Assembly: GCA_963841435.1 (NCBI GenBank)
Contig: CAWJCS010000005.1
Coordinates: 1,536,001-1,600,000 of the forward strand
DNA from: an uncultured delta proteobacterium
GTDB taxonomy: Bacteria > Myxococcota_A > Polyangia > Polyangiales > Polyangiaceae
Direction: 5' to 3'
DNA: 64,000 bases
Positions 1 to 8,551 of this stretch are shown one piece after another. Both the position numbers and the translations under genes were made by a program. Numbering within the stretch: the stretch's first letter is position 1; each line of letters starts with the position of its first letter. A model generated the notes under the pieces. The model saw only the letters and a program-made list of their open reading frames with translations, did no database searches and was not told the DNA's origin.

Positions 1-174
1 AACGTCGTCGCGAACCGTCGGCGGCCCCGCCTCGTACCCGACGAAGTCGGGCTCGGGCGCCGCGACGTGGAGCAGCCGCACCTCGGCGCCCTGCGCGCGG
101 GCCATGACGATGCCCTGTTCGGCGACGGCGTCCGTCGCGTCCGAGAAGTCGACGCAAACCAAGATGTGCTTCAC
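1..174 (-). CDS. Universal stress protein (Usp family), N-terminal part; runs off the window edge
   Basis: Manual translation from GTG at 174: MKHILVCVDFSDATDAVAEQGIVMARAQGAEVRLLHVAAPEPDFVGYEAGPPTVRDDV. ILVxVDFS and LLHV are the Usp signature. Not in the ORF track. Confidence 0.85.
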   Translation of the reverse strand, partial: MKHILVCVDFSDATDAVAEQGIVMARAQGAEVRLLHVAAPEPDFVGYEAGPPTVRDDV

Positions 175-344
175 CCGCTCACCCGTCTTTCTGGCGTAGG
201 ACGAAACGGCTCGAGCTCGCGGGGATCGCCCCTCGGTGGCTCATGACCCATACGATAAGCTCGCTCGGGCCATGCGTCGAATGGCCGACTCCGTCGCCCG
301 CCGAGCGCCTCGCACGCCGCGTGGGCGTGCGCTAGGGTCGGCCC

Positions 345-842
345 ATGCTCGGCAGTGGCGCGGCGCGCGCCTGCGCATGGCTGCTCATCGGACTTTTGGG
401 GCTCGGGGGATGCGCGCCCGCCGCAGGCGCTGAACCTCGGGCGGGACGCACGGAGGCGGCGACCTGGACGGCCGAGTACACGGGTCGTGACACGCTCGTG
501 CTGTCAATCGAGGCGCTGCCGGCACGCCGCGAGAACGACGACCATGCGTCGCTCGTCGTGGCGGGGCTTTCCAAGGGGCTCTTGCGCCTTTCTCTCGTTG
601 ACGGCAAGAGCGGCGCGCCGGTGTGCACTTTGGTCGCCCGCGCACTCGGCAGCGACGCCACGGTGGAGCCGAACCAGCTCTGCTTCGACGGAGCGGCGAT
701 GCGGATCCTCGTTCGATCCGGGAAGGCGGTCTCACGAGGCGCGAATCTACACTTCGAGCTCTTCGGCCTCGTCGAGCTCGAGCAGCAGGACGTGCTCGCC
801 GACGGTACCCTCACGTACGCCTTCGAGGGCACGCGACGCTAG
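345..842 (+). CDS. Hypothetical lipoprotein
   Basis: Hydrophobic N-terminus ending in a lipobox-like LGGC; GC3-rich codons; TAGGGT -10-like hexamer 6 nt before the ATG. Confidence 0.6.
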   Translation: MLGSGAARACAWLLIGLLGLGGCAPAAGAEPRAGRTEAATWTAEYTGRDTLVLSIEALPARRENDDHASLVVAGLSKGLLRLSLVDGKSGAPVCTLVARALGSDATVEPNQLCFDGAAMRILVRSGKAVSRGANLHFELFGLVELEQQDVLADGTLTYAFEGTRR

Positions 843-912
843 ACCCGCGCCGCCACGCGCGTCGAGGGCCGTCGCGCGGGGGACGCCTCGCGACACCGAA
901 GCTCGGGTTCGA

Positions 913-2067
913 TCAGCTCGCTCGCTCGAGGATTCGAAAAAGAGCGTCCTCGCCGAGCGTCACCGGATTGCCCTTCATGCTGCTCGACACGCGCGCTCGC
1001 TCGACGAGATCGGACGCCATTTTCGCAGAAAACCCATAGCTCGAGAGCCGCGGGATCGCGAGTGCCTCGACGAGCTCGCGCACCCAGAGCACGCCGGCCT
1101 CGGGGACGGCGTTCGCGTCGCCCGTGAGCACAATCGCGACCGTGGCGTAGCGCTCTACAACGTCGCGGAGCGATGCCGCGCGTGCCTCTGCCAAGTTCGC
1201 TTCCATCACCTCGGGCAGCAGGCGCGCACACAGTGCCCCGTGCGCCGCGTGCAGCGCGCCACCCAGCGGCCCAGCGAAGCCATGCACGGCGCCGAGCTTG
1301 GCGTTCGCGAGACAAAGACCTCCGAACAGGCTCGCTAGCGCCAGGTCTTCGCGAGCGTCGGCGTCCGATCCGTCCGCACACGCTCGAGCGAGGGAGCGTG
1401 CAGCTCGCCGCATGCCTTCCAGCGCGAGCGCGTCCGTGAGCGGCCCGCGCGCATTCGACACGTACGGCTCCATCACCTGCGTGAGCGCATCGAGCCCGGT
1501 CGCTGCCGTGACGGATGGCGGCACGCCGTGCGTGAGCTCGGAATCGACGAGCGCGAGGCGCGGCAGCATGAAAAGGCTGCGCAAGCTCACCTTGACGCGC
1601 TCCGATTCCACCGCAAGCACGGCATTTTTCGTCACTTCCGCGCCCGTCCCCGCCGTCGTTGGCACGAGCAGGCACGGCAAGCTCGCGCGCGATAGCGGGC
1701 GGCCGCGCCCGACGACCTCGAGGTAGTCGAGCGGTTCACCGGGATTGGTCGTCAGCGCGGCGACTGCCTTCGCAGCGTCGAGCGCGCTTCCGCCGCCGAA
1801 GCCGATCACGAGGTCGACCCCCGCGGCCCTCGCAGCGCTCACGCCGCGCTCGATCTCGCCCGTGGTCGGTTCGCTGGCCACCGCCATGGTCGAGACCACG
1901 ACGGCGTGGCAGCCACTTCGCTCGAGCGACGGCAGGACGCGCTCGGGGTGCGCGCCCGTCACGAGCAGCGCTCGGCTGCCGAGGCCCGCCGCACGCTTGC
2001 CGAGCTCGGCGACGCGCCCTCGCCCGAAGACGACTTCCGTCGCCGTGGCGAACTCGAACGAGCTCAC
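913..2067 (-). CDS. Iron-containing alcohol dehydrogenase
   Basis: Motifs [25 protein letters not shown] and [15 protein letters not shown]. True start is probably GTG at 2067, overlapping the upstream TGA (GTGA). Confidence 0.93.
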   Translation of the reverse strand: MSSFEFATATEVVFGRGRVAELGKRAAGLGSRALLVTGAHPERVLPSLERSGCHAVVVSTMAVASEPTTGEIERGVSAARAAGVDLVIGFGGGSALDAAKAVAALTTNPGEPLDYLEVVGRGRPLSRASLPCLLVPTTAGTGAEVTKNAVLAVESERVKVSLRSLFMLPRLALVDSELTHGVPPSVTAATGLDALTQVMEPYVSNARGPLTDALALEGMRRAARSLARACADGSDADAREDLALASLFGGLCLANAKLGAVHGFAGPLGGALHAAHGALCARLLPEVMEANLAEARAASLRDVVERYATVAIVLTGDANAVPEAGVLWVRELVEALAIPRLSSYGFSAKMASDLVERARVSSSMKGNPVTLGEDALFRILERAS

Positions 2068-2390
2068 GCGGCCCCGGGAGGCGTTTCGAAGCGGGCGGGC
2101 TCGGGAAAGAGGGCGGCGTACCTGATGCTCGTGCGTGGCGCAGCCATGAGCGGTGCGACGATATCCCGCCACTTGGCGTAGTGCGCCGTTTCCTTGTGGC
2201 GGGCGGGCGCGCGTTCGTCGCGATAGATTTCGACCAGCAAGAAGCGCGTGGGGTCGTCGAGCTGCTCGATGATGTCGAAGCGGACGACGCCGGGCTCCGC
2301 GAGGCTCGCCGCGGCGTTCTCGAGCGTCGCGTGCTTGAACTCACTCACGCCGTCGGCCGTGACGTGAACGTGGACGTGGACGATTAGCAT
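2064..2390 (-). CDS. Antibiotic biosynthesis monooxygenase (ABM)/LsrG-like protein
   Basis: EPGVVRFD...FLLVEIY....AHKETAHY pattern typical of ABM-family putative quinol monooxygenases. Confidence 0.88.
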   Translation of the reverse strand: MLIVHVHVHVTADGVSEFKHATLENAAASLAEPGVVRFDIIEQLDDPTRFLLVEIYRDERAPARHKETAHYAKWRDIVAPLMAAPRTSIRYAALFPEPARFETPPGAA

Positions 2391-2493
2391 GGGACAGCAA
2401 TCCTATCCCCATGCGCTCACGTGTCGGAAGGGGGCGGTCGAGTGGCGTACGGCTGGCGCGCAACCCCACGCGACGACGCGACGGCGGGCCTGC

Positions 2494-3363
2494 TCAGAAG
2501 CGGCCGCTCAGCGTGAAGAGCCCCTGGCGCGGGCCGAGCGAAACGTCCGCCTTGACGTTCGAGCCACGCACGGGTGCCGCGCTGTCCTGGTCGCGTGTGA
2601 GAAACAAATAGGCCGCCGTACCGAGGGAGACCACCGCGACCCCGAGCGAGATGTCGGCAACGAGGAGCTCCCGGCGGATGGGTGCCACTTGCCCCTCGGA
2701 GCAGCTCTTGTCGCGTCCGCAGGTACCCTCGAGATCGGCCGCCTCGGAACGACCTTTGATGGCGAAGTAACTGAAGCTCGCGATCCCGAGCAGTCCGACA
2801 CCCGCGAGCACGAAGGACGCCACGGGCACGCCCTTACCCGCGTGCTCATGGGCCGATACGGGCAGCTCCTGGCCCGGCGGCGCGACCGGCGGCGCTACGG
2901 CGAGCGCCACGACGATGGGCCGGCCCTTCTCACCCTCGCGAATCACCACCTGCTGCTCGACGGGCTCTGCGCCCGCGGTCGCGAAGCGAAACACGCGGAT
3001 GCCCGGATCGAGCGGCAGTGCGAGACCGTCGAGCCGATCGGTGAGCGTGTTGCCGTCAACCGTGACGTGCACGTCGATGAGGTCCGCGCCTGCCGCGTCA
3101 CGCGCCTCGATCACGACGGTGGGCAAGAGCTTGTCGACCTCGGAGAGCCAGAAAGCGCAGTCGTTGCGCACGACGCTCGGGCAACCGGCCTGCGCGCATT
3201 CCAGCAAGCCCTCGCGCGCCGCGAGTAAGCGGTGCGCCGAGCGGTCCGTTTGTGCGTCCTCAGCAGCCTTGACGCAGGCAACAACGTCCTCGCCCGCCAG
3301 GGCAAGACTCGGTGCAAGAAACCCCGCGAGGGCGACGGCCGCCGCCGCGAGGCGCCTCAGCAT
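2494..3363 (-). CDS. Secreted/membrane protein with Cys-containing helical N-domain, PEGA-like domain, two hydrophobic segments and C-terminal ...SGRF (Polyangiaceae kinase-associated family)
   Basis: Signal peptide; CAQAGCPSVVRNDC; VTVDG..LDPG PEGA-like strand pattern; terminal Phe; 13 nt downstream of the kinase gene. Confidence 0.75.
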   Translation of the reverse strand: MLRRLAAAAVALAGFLAPSLALAGEDVVACVKAAEDAQTDRSAHRLLAAREGLLECAQAGCPSVVRNDCAFWLSEVDKLLPTVVIEARDAAGADLIDVHVTVDGNTLTDRLDGLALPLDPGIRVFRFATAGAEPVEQQVVIREGEKGRPIVVALAVAPPVAPPGQELPVSAHEHAGKGVPVASFVLAGVGLLGIASFSYFAIKGRSEAADLEGTCGRDKSCSEGQVAPIRRELLVADISLGVAVVSLGTAAYLFLTRDQDSAAPVRGSNVKADVSLGPRQGLFTLSGRF

Positions 3364-3376
3364 TCAGACTCCGGCA

Positions 3377-4864
3377 TCACAGACACTCCATCTTATAACG
3401 GCGGTGTCCGGCCTCGTCGATCGTGTAGGGGGGCTCGCAATTTTTCTTGGTTTTGCCGCCGGGCTTTCGGGAAATCGAGCTCGGCGAGGAAGGCGGCGTC
3501 GCTTCGGCCTCGCCATCCGGTTGCGGCGAGCGGCTTGGCGTCCCCGCCGCCGGGGCAAGGGAGCTCGGTTCGGCAGCAGCAGCGGCAGCCGCCGCGGGCA
3601 CGGGGATGCTCGGCGCGACGGCCACGGGCGAAGGCGAAACGGGCCGGCTCGGCGGCTCGGCGGCTCGGAAGACGAGGAAAGCGGTCGTGACGAGGAAGCC
3701 GACGACCAGTGCGACGAGCGCCACGGCGACGCGGCGGCGTCGGTTGGGATTGAAGTCGACCGAGTCCGCCTCGAGGGCCTCGATCGACCGGTCACTTTGG
3801 CTCGGTCCGGTGCGAAGCTCGACGGCGGTCGGCTCCTCCGACCCAGCAAGCAGCCGCGGGGGGCGTGAGGACGAGCCCACCGAGACGAGATCCTGAATCT
3901 GCTCGATCTCCGAGATGGCGCGCGCGCGCGTTGCGAGCGCGCCACCCACCATCTTTTCGACCCACTCTCCCACGCGAAGCGGCGTGGCGAGCGGGGTCGC
4001 GGCCTCGAGAGCCCTTGCCATTTCGCGAGCCGTCGCGAAGCGCTCGGCAGGTTCGCGCTTTAGCCCTTTGAGCACGACCGCGTCGAGCTCGGGGGCGAGG
4101 CCCGGGACGACGGAGCTCGGCGGCAGGATCTCGGCGCTCAGGACGCGCGCGACGGTCGCGGCCTCGCTATCGGCGAGAAACAGGCGCTTGCCGGTGAGCG
4201 CTTCCCACAGCACGACGGCGGCGGCGTACACGTCGGCCTTGCGATCGGCGGCGCCGAGCTGCAGCTGCTCGGGAGCAATGTAGGCCATCTTGCCGCGCAC
4301 CTGACCCTCACGGGTGATCTGCGCCCGACCCGCAGCCTTCGCGATCCCGAAGTCCAAAACGCGGGCGATGCCATCCACACCCACGAGAATGTTCTGGGGC
4401 GAAACGTCGCGATGCACGATGCCGAGCGGCTCGCCACGCTCGTTCTTCGCTTCGTGGGCGGCGTGCAGACCGTGCAACACGGCCACCAGGATGGCCGAGA
4501 CCACGTCGAGCGGCGGCGCCTCGTTCGCTTCCCGAGCCGCGTAGAGCAACCTAGCGAACGACTCGCCCAGAAAATACTCCATCACGAGAAACAGCTCGCC
4601 CTGTGACGCCACGACGTCGAGGGTCGGGACCACGTTCGGATGCTGGATGCGAGCGGCGAGGCGCGCCTCGTCGAGAAACATCGTCACGAACTCGGGGTCG
4701 CGGGCGAACTGAGGGTGCAGCCGCTTGATGGCGACGGTCCGGGCGAAGCCGGCGGGACCGAGCAATCGCCCCACGTGCACCGAGGCCATACCGCCGGCCG
4801 CGATCTCGTCGAAGAGCGCGTAACGACCGATGACTCTCGGTCCCTGAACCGACGCGACTGCCAC
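3377..4864 (-). CDS. Hanks-type Ser/Thr protein kinase with one TM helix and a Pro-rich periplasmic tail
   Basis: GGMASV, VAIK, HPNVV, HRDVSPQN, DFG and APE motifs; TM VAVALVALVVGFLVTTAFLVF; C-terminal CEPPYTIDEAGHRRYKMECL. Confidence 0.96.
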   Translation of the reverse strand: MAVASVQGPRVIGRYALFDEIAAGGMASVHVGRLLGPAGFARTVAIKRLHPQFARDPEFVTMFLDEARLAARIQHPNVVPTLDVVASQGELFLVMEYFLGESFARLLYAAREANEAPPLDVVSAILVAVLHGLHAAHEAKNERGEPLGIVHRDVSPQNILVGVDGIARVLDFGIAKAAGRAQITREGQVRGKMAYIAPEQLQLGAADRKADVYAAAVVLWEALTGKRLFLADSEAATVARVLSAEILPPSSVVPGLAPELDAVVLKGLKREPAERFATAREMARALEAATPLATPLRVGEWVEKMVGGALATRARAISEIEQIQDLVSVGSSSRPPRLLAGSEEPTAVELRTGPSQSDRSIEALEADSVDFNPNRRRRVAVALVALVVGFLVTTAFLVFRAAEPPSRPVSPSPVAVAPSIPVPAAAAAAAAEPSSLAPAAGTPSRSPQPDGEAEATPPSSPSSISRKPGGKTKKNCEPPYTIDEAGHRRYKMECL

Positions 4865-5163
4865 GGCGGGTCATGGTACGCGAGCTTGTCGGTCCGAGCA
4901 CGCCCCCGGAATTGCCCAAAAAACAGCCGGACCGGAGCAAGCACGGGCTCGTGGGGGCGAGGTCGCGCGCACTCGCGCCCACAGTTGCTCACCCGCGGCA
5001 TCAACGGCGGGCCGCGCGCAGCAAGCGTTCAGGCCATGCCCCGAGGGCGTGCATCGCGTAGAATGATAGAGACCGGCCACGTTGTCGCAGCGACGGTGCG
5101 CCGGTAAAAAGCACGTTGGTCAAACGGCATCCGAAGCATGACGGGGAGCCGCCGCGTCGGGGG

Positions 5164-5941
5164 GTGCGGCATCTCGACCGAGCGAGAGCGAGCGCGATCT
5201 CGGTGCTCGGCGTTGCGACCGCCTGCTCGCTCGTCACACCCCTCGACTTCGTCGGCGGCACGGGGGCGGCGGGCGCCCGGAGCGGCCCGCTCGGCGGGAG
5301 CGGGGGCATTGCCATCGGGCACGGGCGGTACTTTTCTCGAGGGCGGCGAGGCCGGGGCCAACGAGGGCGAAAACGGTGGGCTGAGCGGCACGGCGGGAGA
5401 CGCAATGGGCGGGAGCAGCGGCGCGGGCGCGGGCGGCGCGGGCACGGGCGGCGGAGGAGCAGCGGGCGCAGGACAAACTAGCCGCGGTGGCGACGCCGGG
5501 ACGAGCGGTAGCGCCGGCGCTTCGGGCCAGGGCGGGTGCCCCAGCGTGGATCTCCAGTCCGATCCCGAGCACTGCGGCGCGTGCAACACCGCTTGCTCCT
5601 CGACCGAGGATTGCATCGGCGGAAAGTGCATCGGCTCGCCGTGCGACGAGCTCTGCGGGACCTTCGTGACCGTGAGTGAGAGCGCCGACGGATTTCGGAT
5701 GGACGACATCGGCACGAGCGAACAGTGCTTCGAGGTCATCGGATACACGCGCCCCACGGGCACTCCGAGCCTCATTTGCTGGAACTTCGACGTGGGACGA
5801 ACGCTCCAGGTGAACGGCGAGGCCGCGACGTGCACCACCGAGCCCGGCTTCCCCGTGGGCTCTCCGCGGGCCGGCGGCTATTGCATCAAAGTCGGCGCCG
5901 GAAACTGGTCGTACGCGGGCTTCAAGCTGCCCCTGCCGTGA
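5164..5941 (+). CDS. Gly-rich, Cys-rich lipoprotein with an apparent +1 frameshift near 5300
   Basis: The lipoprotein signal MRHLDRARASAISVLGVATA-CSLVTPLD is in the frame of ORF 5116. The Gly linker and DPEHCGACNTAC domain are in the frame of ORF 5138. The frame switch is near the G run at 5302-5306. Confidence 0.65.
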
Positions 5942-5977
5942 GGGGCTGGGTGCAACGCCCGGGCGAGACCGGGCGCG

Positions 5978-6232
5978 TCAGGCGGCCGAGTGTCGCGTGG
6001 CGGCGGCGCTCCCGGCGGATCGGCGCGTCGTTGCCGGCGCGGGCGGATCGTCGGCAAGGAGCACGAGGAGCTCCCGTAGCTCCTCCGCGGAGCGCATCTC
6101 CGTGTCGAGGGCGAGCAGGGCGTGGTCGGTGCAGAGCAGCACGTCCTGGTGCCCCAGCATGACGCCGATAAGCTTTGCGTTCCGCGGGGTATGTTCGCAA
6201 GCTTCGCAGTGCTGGCGCATGGCGAACACCAT
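5978..6232 (-). CDS. Small hypothetical protein with CxxC...CxxH (possible Zn finger)
   Basis: 84-aa ORF with CEAC and CTDH; plausible GC3 codon bias. Confidence 0.55.
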   Translation of the reverse strand: MVFAMRQHCEACEHTPRNAKLIGVMLGHQDVLLCTDHALLALDTEMRSAEELRELLVLLADDPPAPATTRRSAGSAAATRHSAA

Positions 6233-6357
6233 GGGGGCCGGTCTGGCCGGGGGCCGAAATTTTCGTCGGGCGACAGCCCAATTTCGGCGGCGTTTCGCCC
6301 GGGCTCGACCGGCCGCAGAGGGCGTGTTACTTCCTGCCCCCCCTGCCGAGGACGACG

Positions 6358-6471
6358 ATGTATCTCGCCACCAAGAACAAGCCCAGGAAGACCGACCGCA
6401 AGCGTTCCGCCCGCTTCCGTGCGGAGGTCAAGGCGAAGAACAAGCGCCGCCGCCAGGGCCTGAAGAAGTAG
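6358..6471 (+). CDS. 37-aa highly basic (Lys/Arg-rich) small protein
   Basis: GAGG RBS, then ATG at 6358: MYLATKNKPRKTDRKRSARFRAEVKAKNKRRRQGLKK, TAG at 6469-6471. Nearly all codons end in G/C (AAG, CGC, AAC). Confidence 0.75.
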   Translation: MYLATKNKPRKTDRKRSARFRAEVKAKNKRRRQGLKK

Positions 6472-6525
6472 CGCGTACCCGCGCTGGCAAGCTGGAGCTC
6501 GGGTTCGGCCCCCCGCACGGGCCGT

Positions 6526-7044
6526 TCAGAAGTCGTCGTCGCGTCCGTGACCGAGCGCACGCACCGCCACGTCGTGGTCGAAACCTGCGCGCGCGAGCGT
6601 CGCGAGGTCCTTGCGACGATACTCCGCACGCTCGGCCTCCGGTCGCAACGGGCCGAGCCGGCGCCGCTTGACGAGAGCACGCGCCGCTTCGAGCTCGGAA
6701 GCCGTTTCCTTGGGGACGGCGCCGTCGGCGATGGCGCTCGGGATGCCCCGCAACCGCAGCCGTTGCACGATGGCACGCCGTGAAGCGCCGCGCTCCTTCA
6801 AGCGCGCCGTGAGCTGCGCGGCGAAGCGCCCGTCGTCGAGCAAGCCGGACGCCTGGTAGCGCTGGAGCAGGGCGTCACGGTGGCGAACGAGCTCGCCCTC
6901 GTCGCCGCCGCGGCGCCGCATCAACGTGCCGAGATGGCGGCGCAGTTTCTCCGTCGAACAGTCGAAACGATCGAGATAGCGGAGCGCCGCTTCTTCGAGC
7001 TCGGCCGGTGAGAGCGGCCCGGCCGGCTTGCGCTTGACGGTCAC
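6526..7044 (-). CDS. recX: RecX regulatory protein
   Basis: ALRYL..F..S...[26 protein letters not shown] and LARAGF; the start overlaps the mglA stop (GTGA). Confidence 0.88.
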   Translation of the reverse strand: MTVKRKPAGPLSPAELEEAALRYLDRFDCSTEKLRRHLGTLMRRRGGDEGELVRHRDALLQRYQASGLLDDGRFAAQLTARLKERGASRRAIVQRLRLRGIPSAIADGAVPKETASELEAARALVKRRRLGPLRPEAERAEYRRKDLATLARAGFDHDVAVRALGHGRDDDF

Positions 7045-7628
7045 CCGCCGCGGCGGAGCTCGTTCAATACGAGCCGGCTGACGGCCTTGAGCGTGTCGAA
7101 CACCCCGACGCCCGAGCGTGCGTTGGCCTCGAAATCGGGCACGCCCGTGGGGTTGATGAGCGAGCGCAGCTCCTCCACCGTCACGACGTTCGGCAGGTCG
7201 CGCTTGTTGTACTGAATGACGTACGGGATTTTTTCGAGCGAGTAGCCTTGTTCGGCGAGGTTCGTGCGCAGGTTCTCGACGCTCTCCTGGTTCGCCTCGA
7301 GGCGCTCCATCTGCGAGTCGGCGACGAAGATGACTCCGTCGACGCCCTTCAGGATCAGCTTGCGGCTTGCGTCGTAAAAGACCTGCCCGGGCACCGTGTA
7401 GAGATGGAAGCGGGTCTTGAAACCGCGGATCTCACCGAGCGACAGCGGCAAGAAGTCGAAGAACAGCGTGCGCTCCGTCTCCGTCGCGAGGCTGATCATC
7501 TTGCCCTTCGCCTCGGGGTTGGTGCGCTCGTAGATGTACTGAAGATTCGTGGTTTTGCCGCACAGCCCGGGACCGTAGTAGACGATCTTGCAGTTGATCT
7601 CCCGGGCCATGTAGTTGATGAAGCTCAT
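7041..7628 (-). CDS. mglA: Gliding-motility/polarity small GTPase MglA
   Basis: [48 protein letters not shown] and NKRD; 195 aa. Confidence 0.98.
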   Translation of the reverse strand: MSFINYMAREINCKIVYYGPGLCGKTTNLQYIYERTNPEAKGKMISLATETERTLFFDFLPLSLGEIRGFKTRFHLYTVPGQVFYDASRKLILKGVDGVIFVADSQMERLEANQESVENLRTNLAEQGYSLEKIPYVIQYNKRDLPNVVTVEELRSLINPTGVPDFEANARSGVGVFDTLKAVSRLVLNELRRGG

Positions 7629-7683
7629 CGCCCTGGATCCTCAGCGTTGGGTGCGTAGGGGGTCGCGCGCCGACGTTGCATGC

Positions 7684-8169
7684 TCAGTCGTTGAACAGAT
7701 TGTCGATGTCTTCGTCGGTGATCTCGGCGAAAGGCGAGTCCCCGCCCGGCTCCTGCACCTTGCTGAGCAGCGCTTCGAAGATGCGGTTCAGCTCGTCACT
7801 GGCCTTGCGGACACGCAAGCGAACCAGGCCCAGGCTCGACTTGGAATCGAAGATCACCACCAGGATGACGCGATTGCCCACCAGCTGGATGTGGATGTTC
7901 GCTTTTTCGCCCTCGTGAAACTGGGTCGCAAACTCATTCTCGCGCAGGAGCTTCGCGATGCCGCCCGTCGCCGCGATGTTGCCCGCCGTGAGCGAGGCGA
8001 GGGACGTGGTGTCGATATTGTCCACCTCGCCGCTAGCGGCGATGAGCTGCCCGTTCTTGTCGACGATGAAGACGACCTTGGCGTTCGCTTCCCGAACCAG
8101 GCGGTCCACGACCGTTTGGATCTGGTTGAACTCCTCTTCGTACATCACCATCTGTGGATTGACCATCAC
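7684..8169 (-). CDS. mglB: MglB roadblock/LC7 GTPase-activating protein
   Basis: MYEEEF...ANAKVVFIVDKNGQLIA...SLASLTAGNIAATGG...SSLGLVRLRV...FAEITDEDIDNLF; GGAGG RBS. Confidence 0.97.
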   Translation of the reverse strand: MMVNPQMVMYEEEFNQIQTVVDRLVREANAKVVFIVDKNGQLIAASGEVDNIDTTSLASLTAGNIAATGGIAKLLRENEFATQFHEGEKANIHIQLVGNRVILVVIFDSKSSLGLVRLRVRKASDELNRIFEALLSKVQEPGGDSPFAEITDEDIDNLFND

Positions 8170-8551
8170 GCCTCCACCAAAGCCCGGGGTGCGCCCGCGG
8201 CGCCCCGTGCCTCAGGGTCAGGCCCGGTCTCTTTGGGCGGACCGGGGTGCTCCGATCGCGCGGAGCTCGTCATCTCGTCGTGTTTCTAAAGCGAGGAACA
8301 CTTGTAACTGACCGCCCACGGGCGGACAAGGCCCGCATCGCCCCGAGCGCTCGACGGGCCTGCCGCACGCCCGCCAACCCACCCCATCCGCAGCGCTCGG
8401 CGCCCGCTCGAGGTGGCCAGGAGCGCCGCGCATCGGTGATCCGGGCCCGTGGAACCGGGTGACGGCCGTCCGGCCTCTGTTTCGAGCGGGTGGCCGCCCG
8501 ACCTTTCCGATTTGCTCGAAGCCCGCCTGGCGGTACGAGGACAGACCGCCC

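Noticed and set aside
5020-5036. Sigma54-like sequence TGGCCTGAACGCTTGC on the minus strand upstream of the kinase
   Set aside because: The GG-to-GC spacing is 11 rather than the strict 10 nt.
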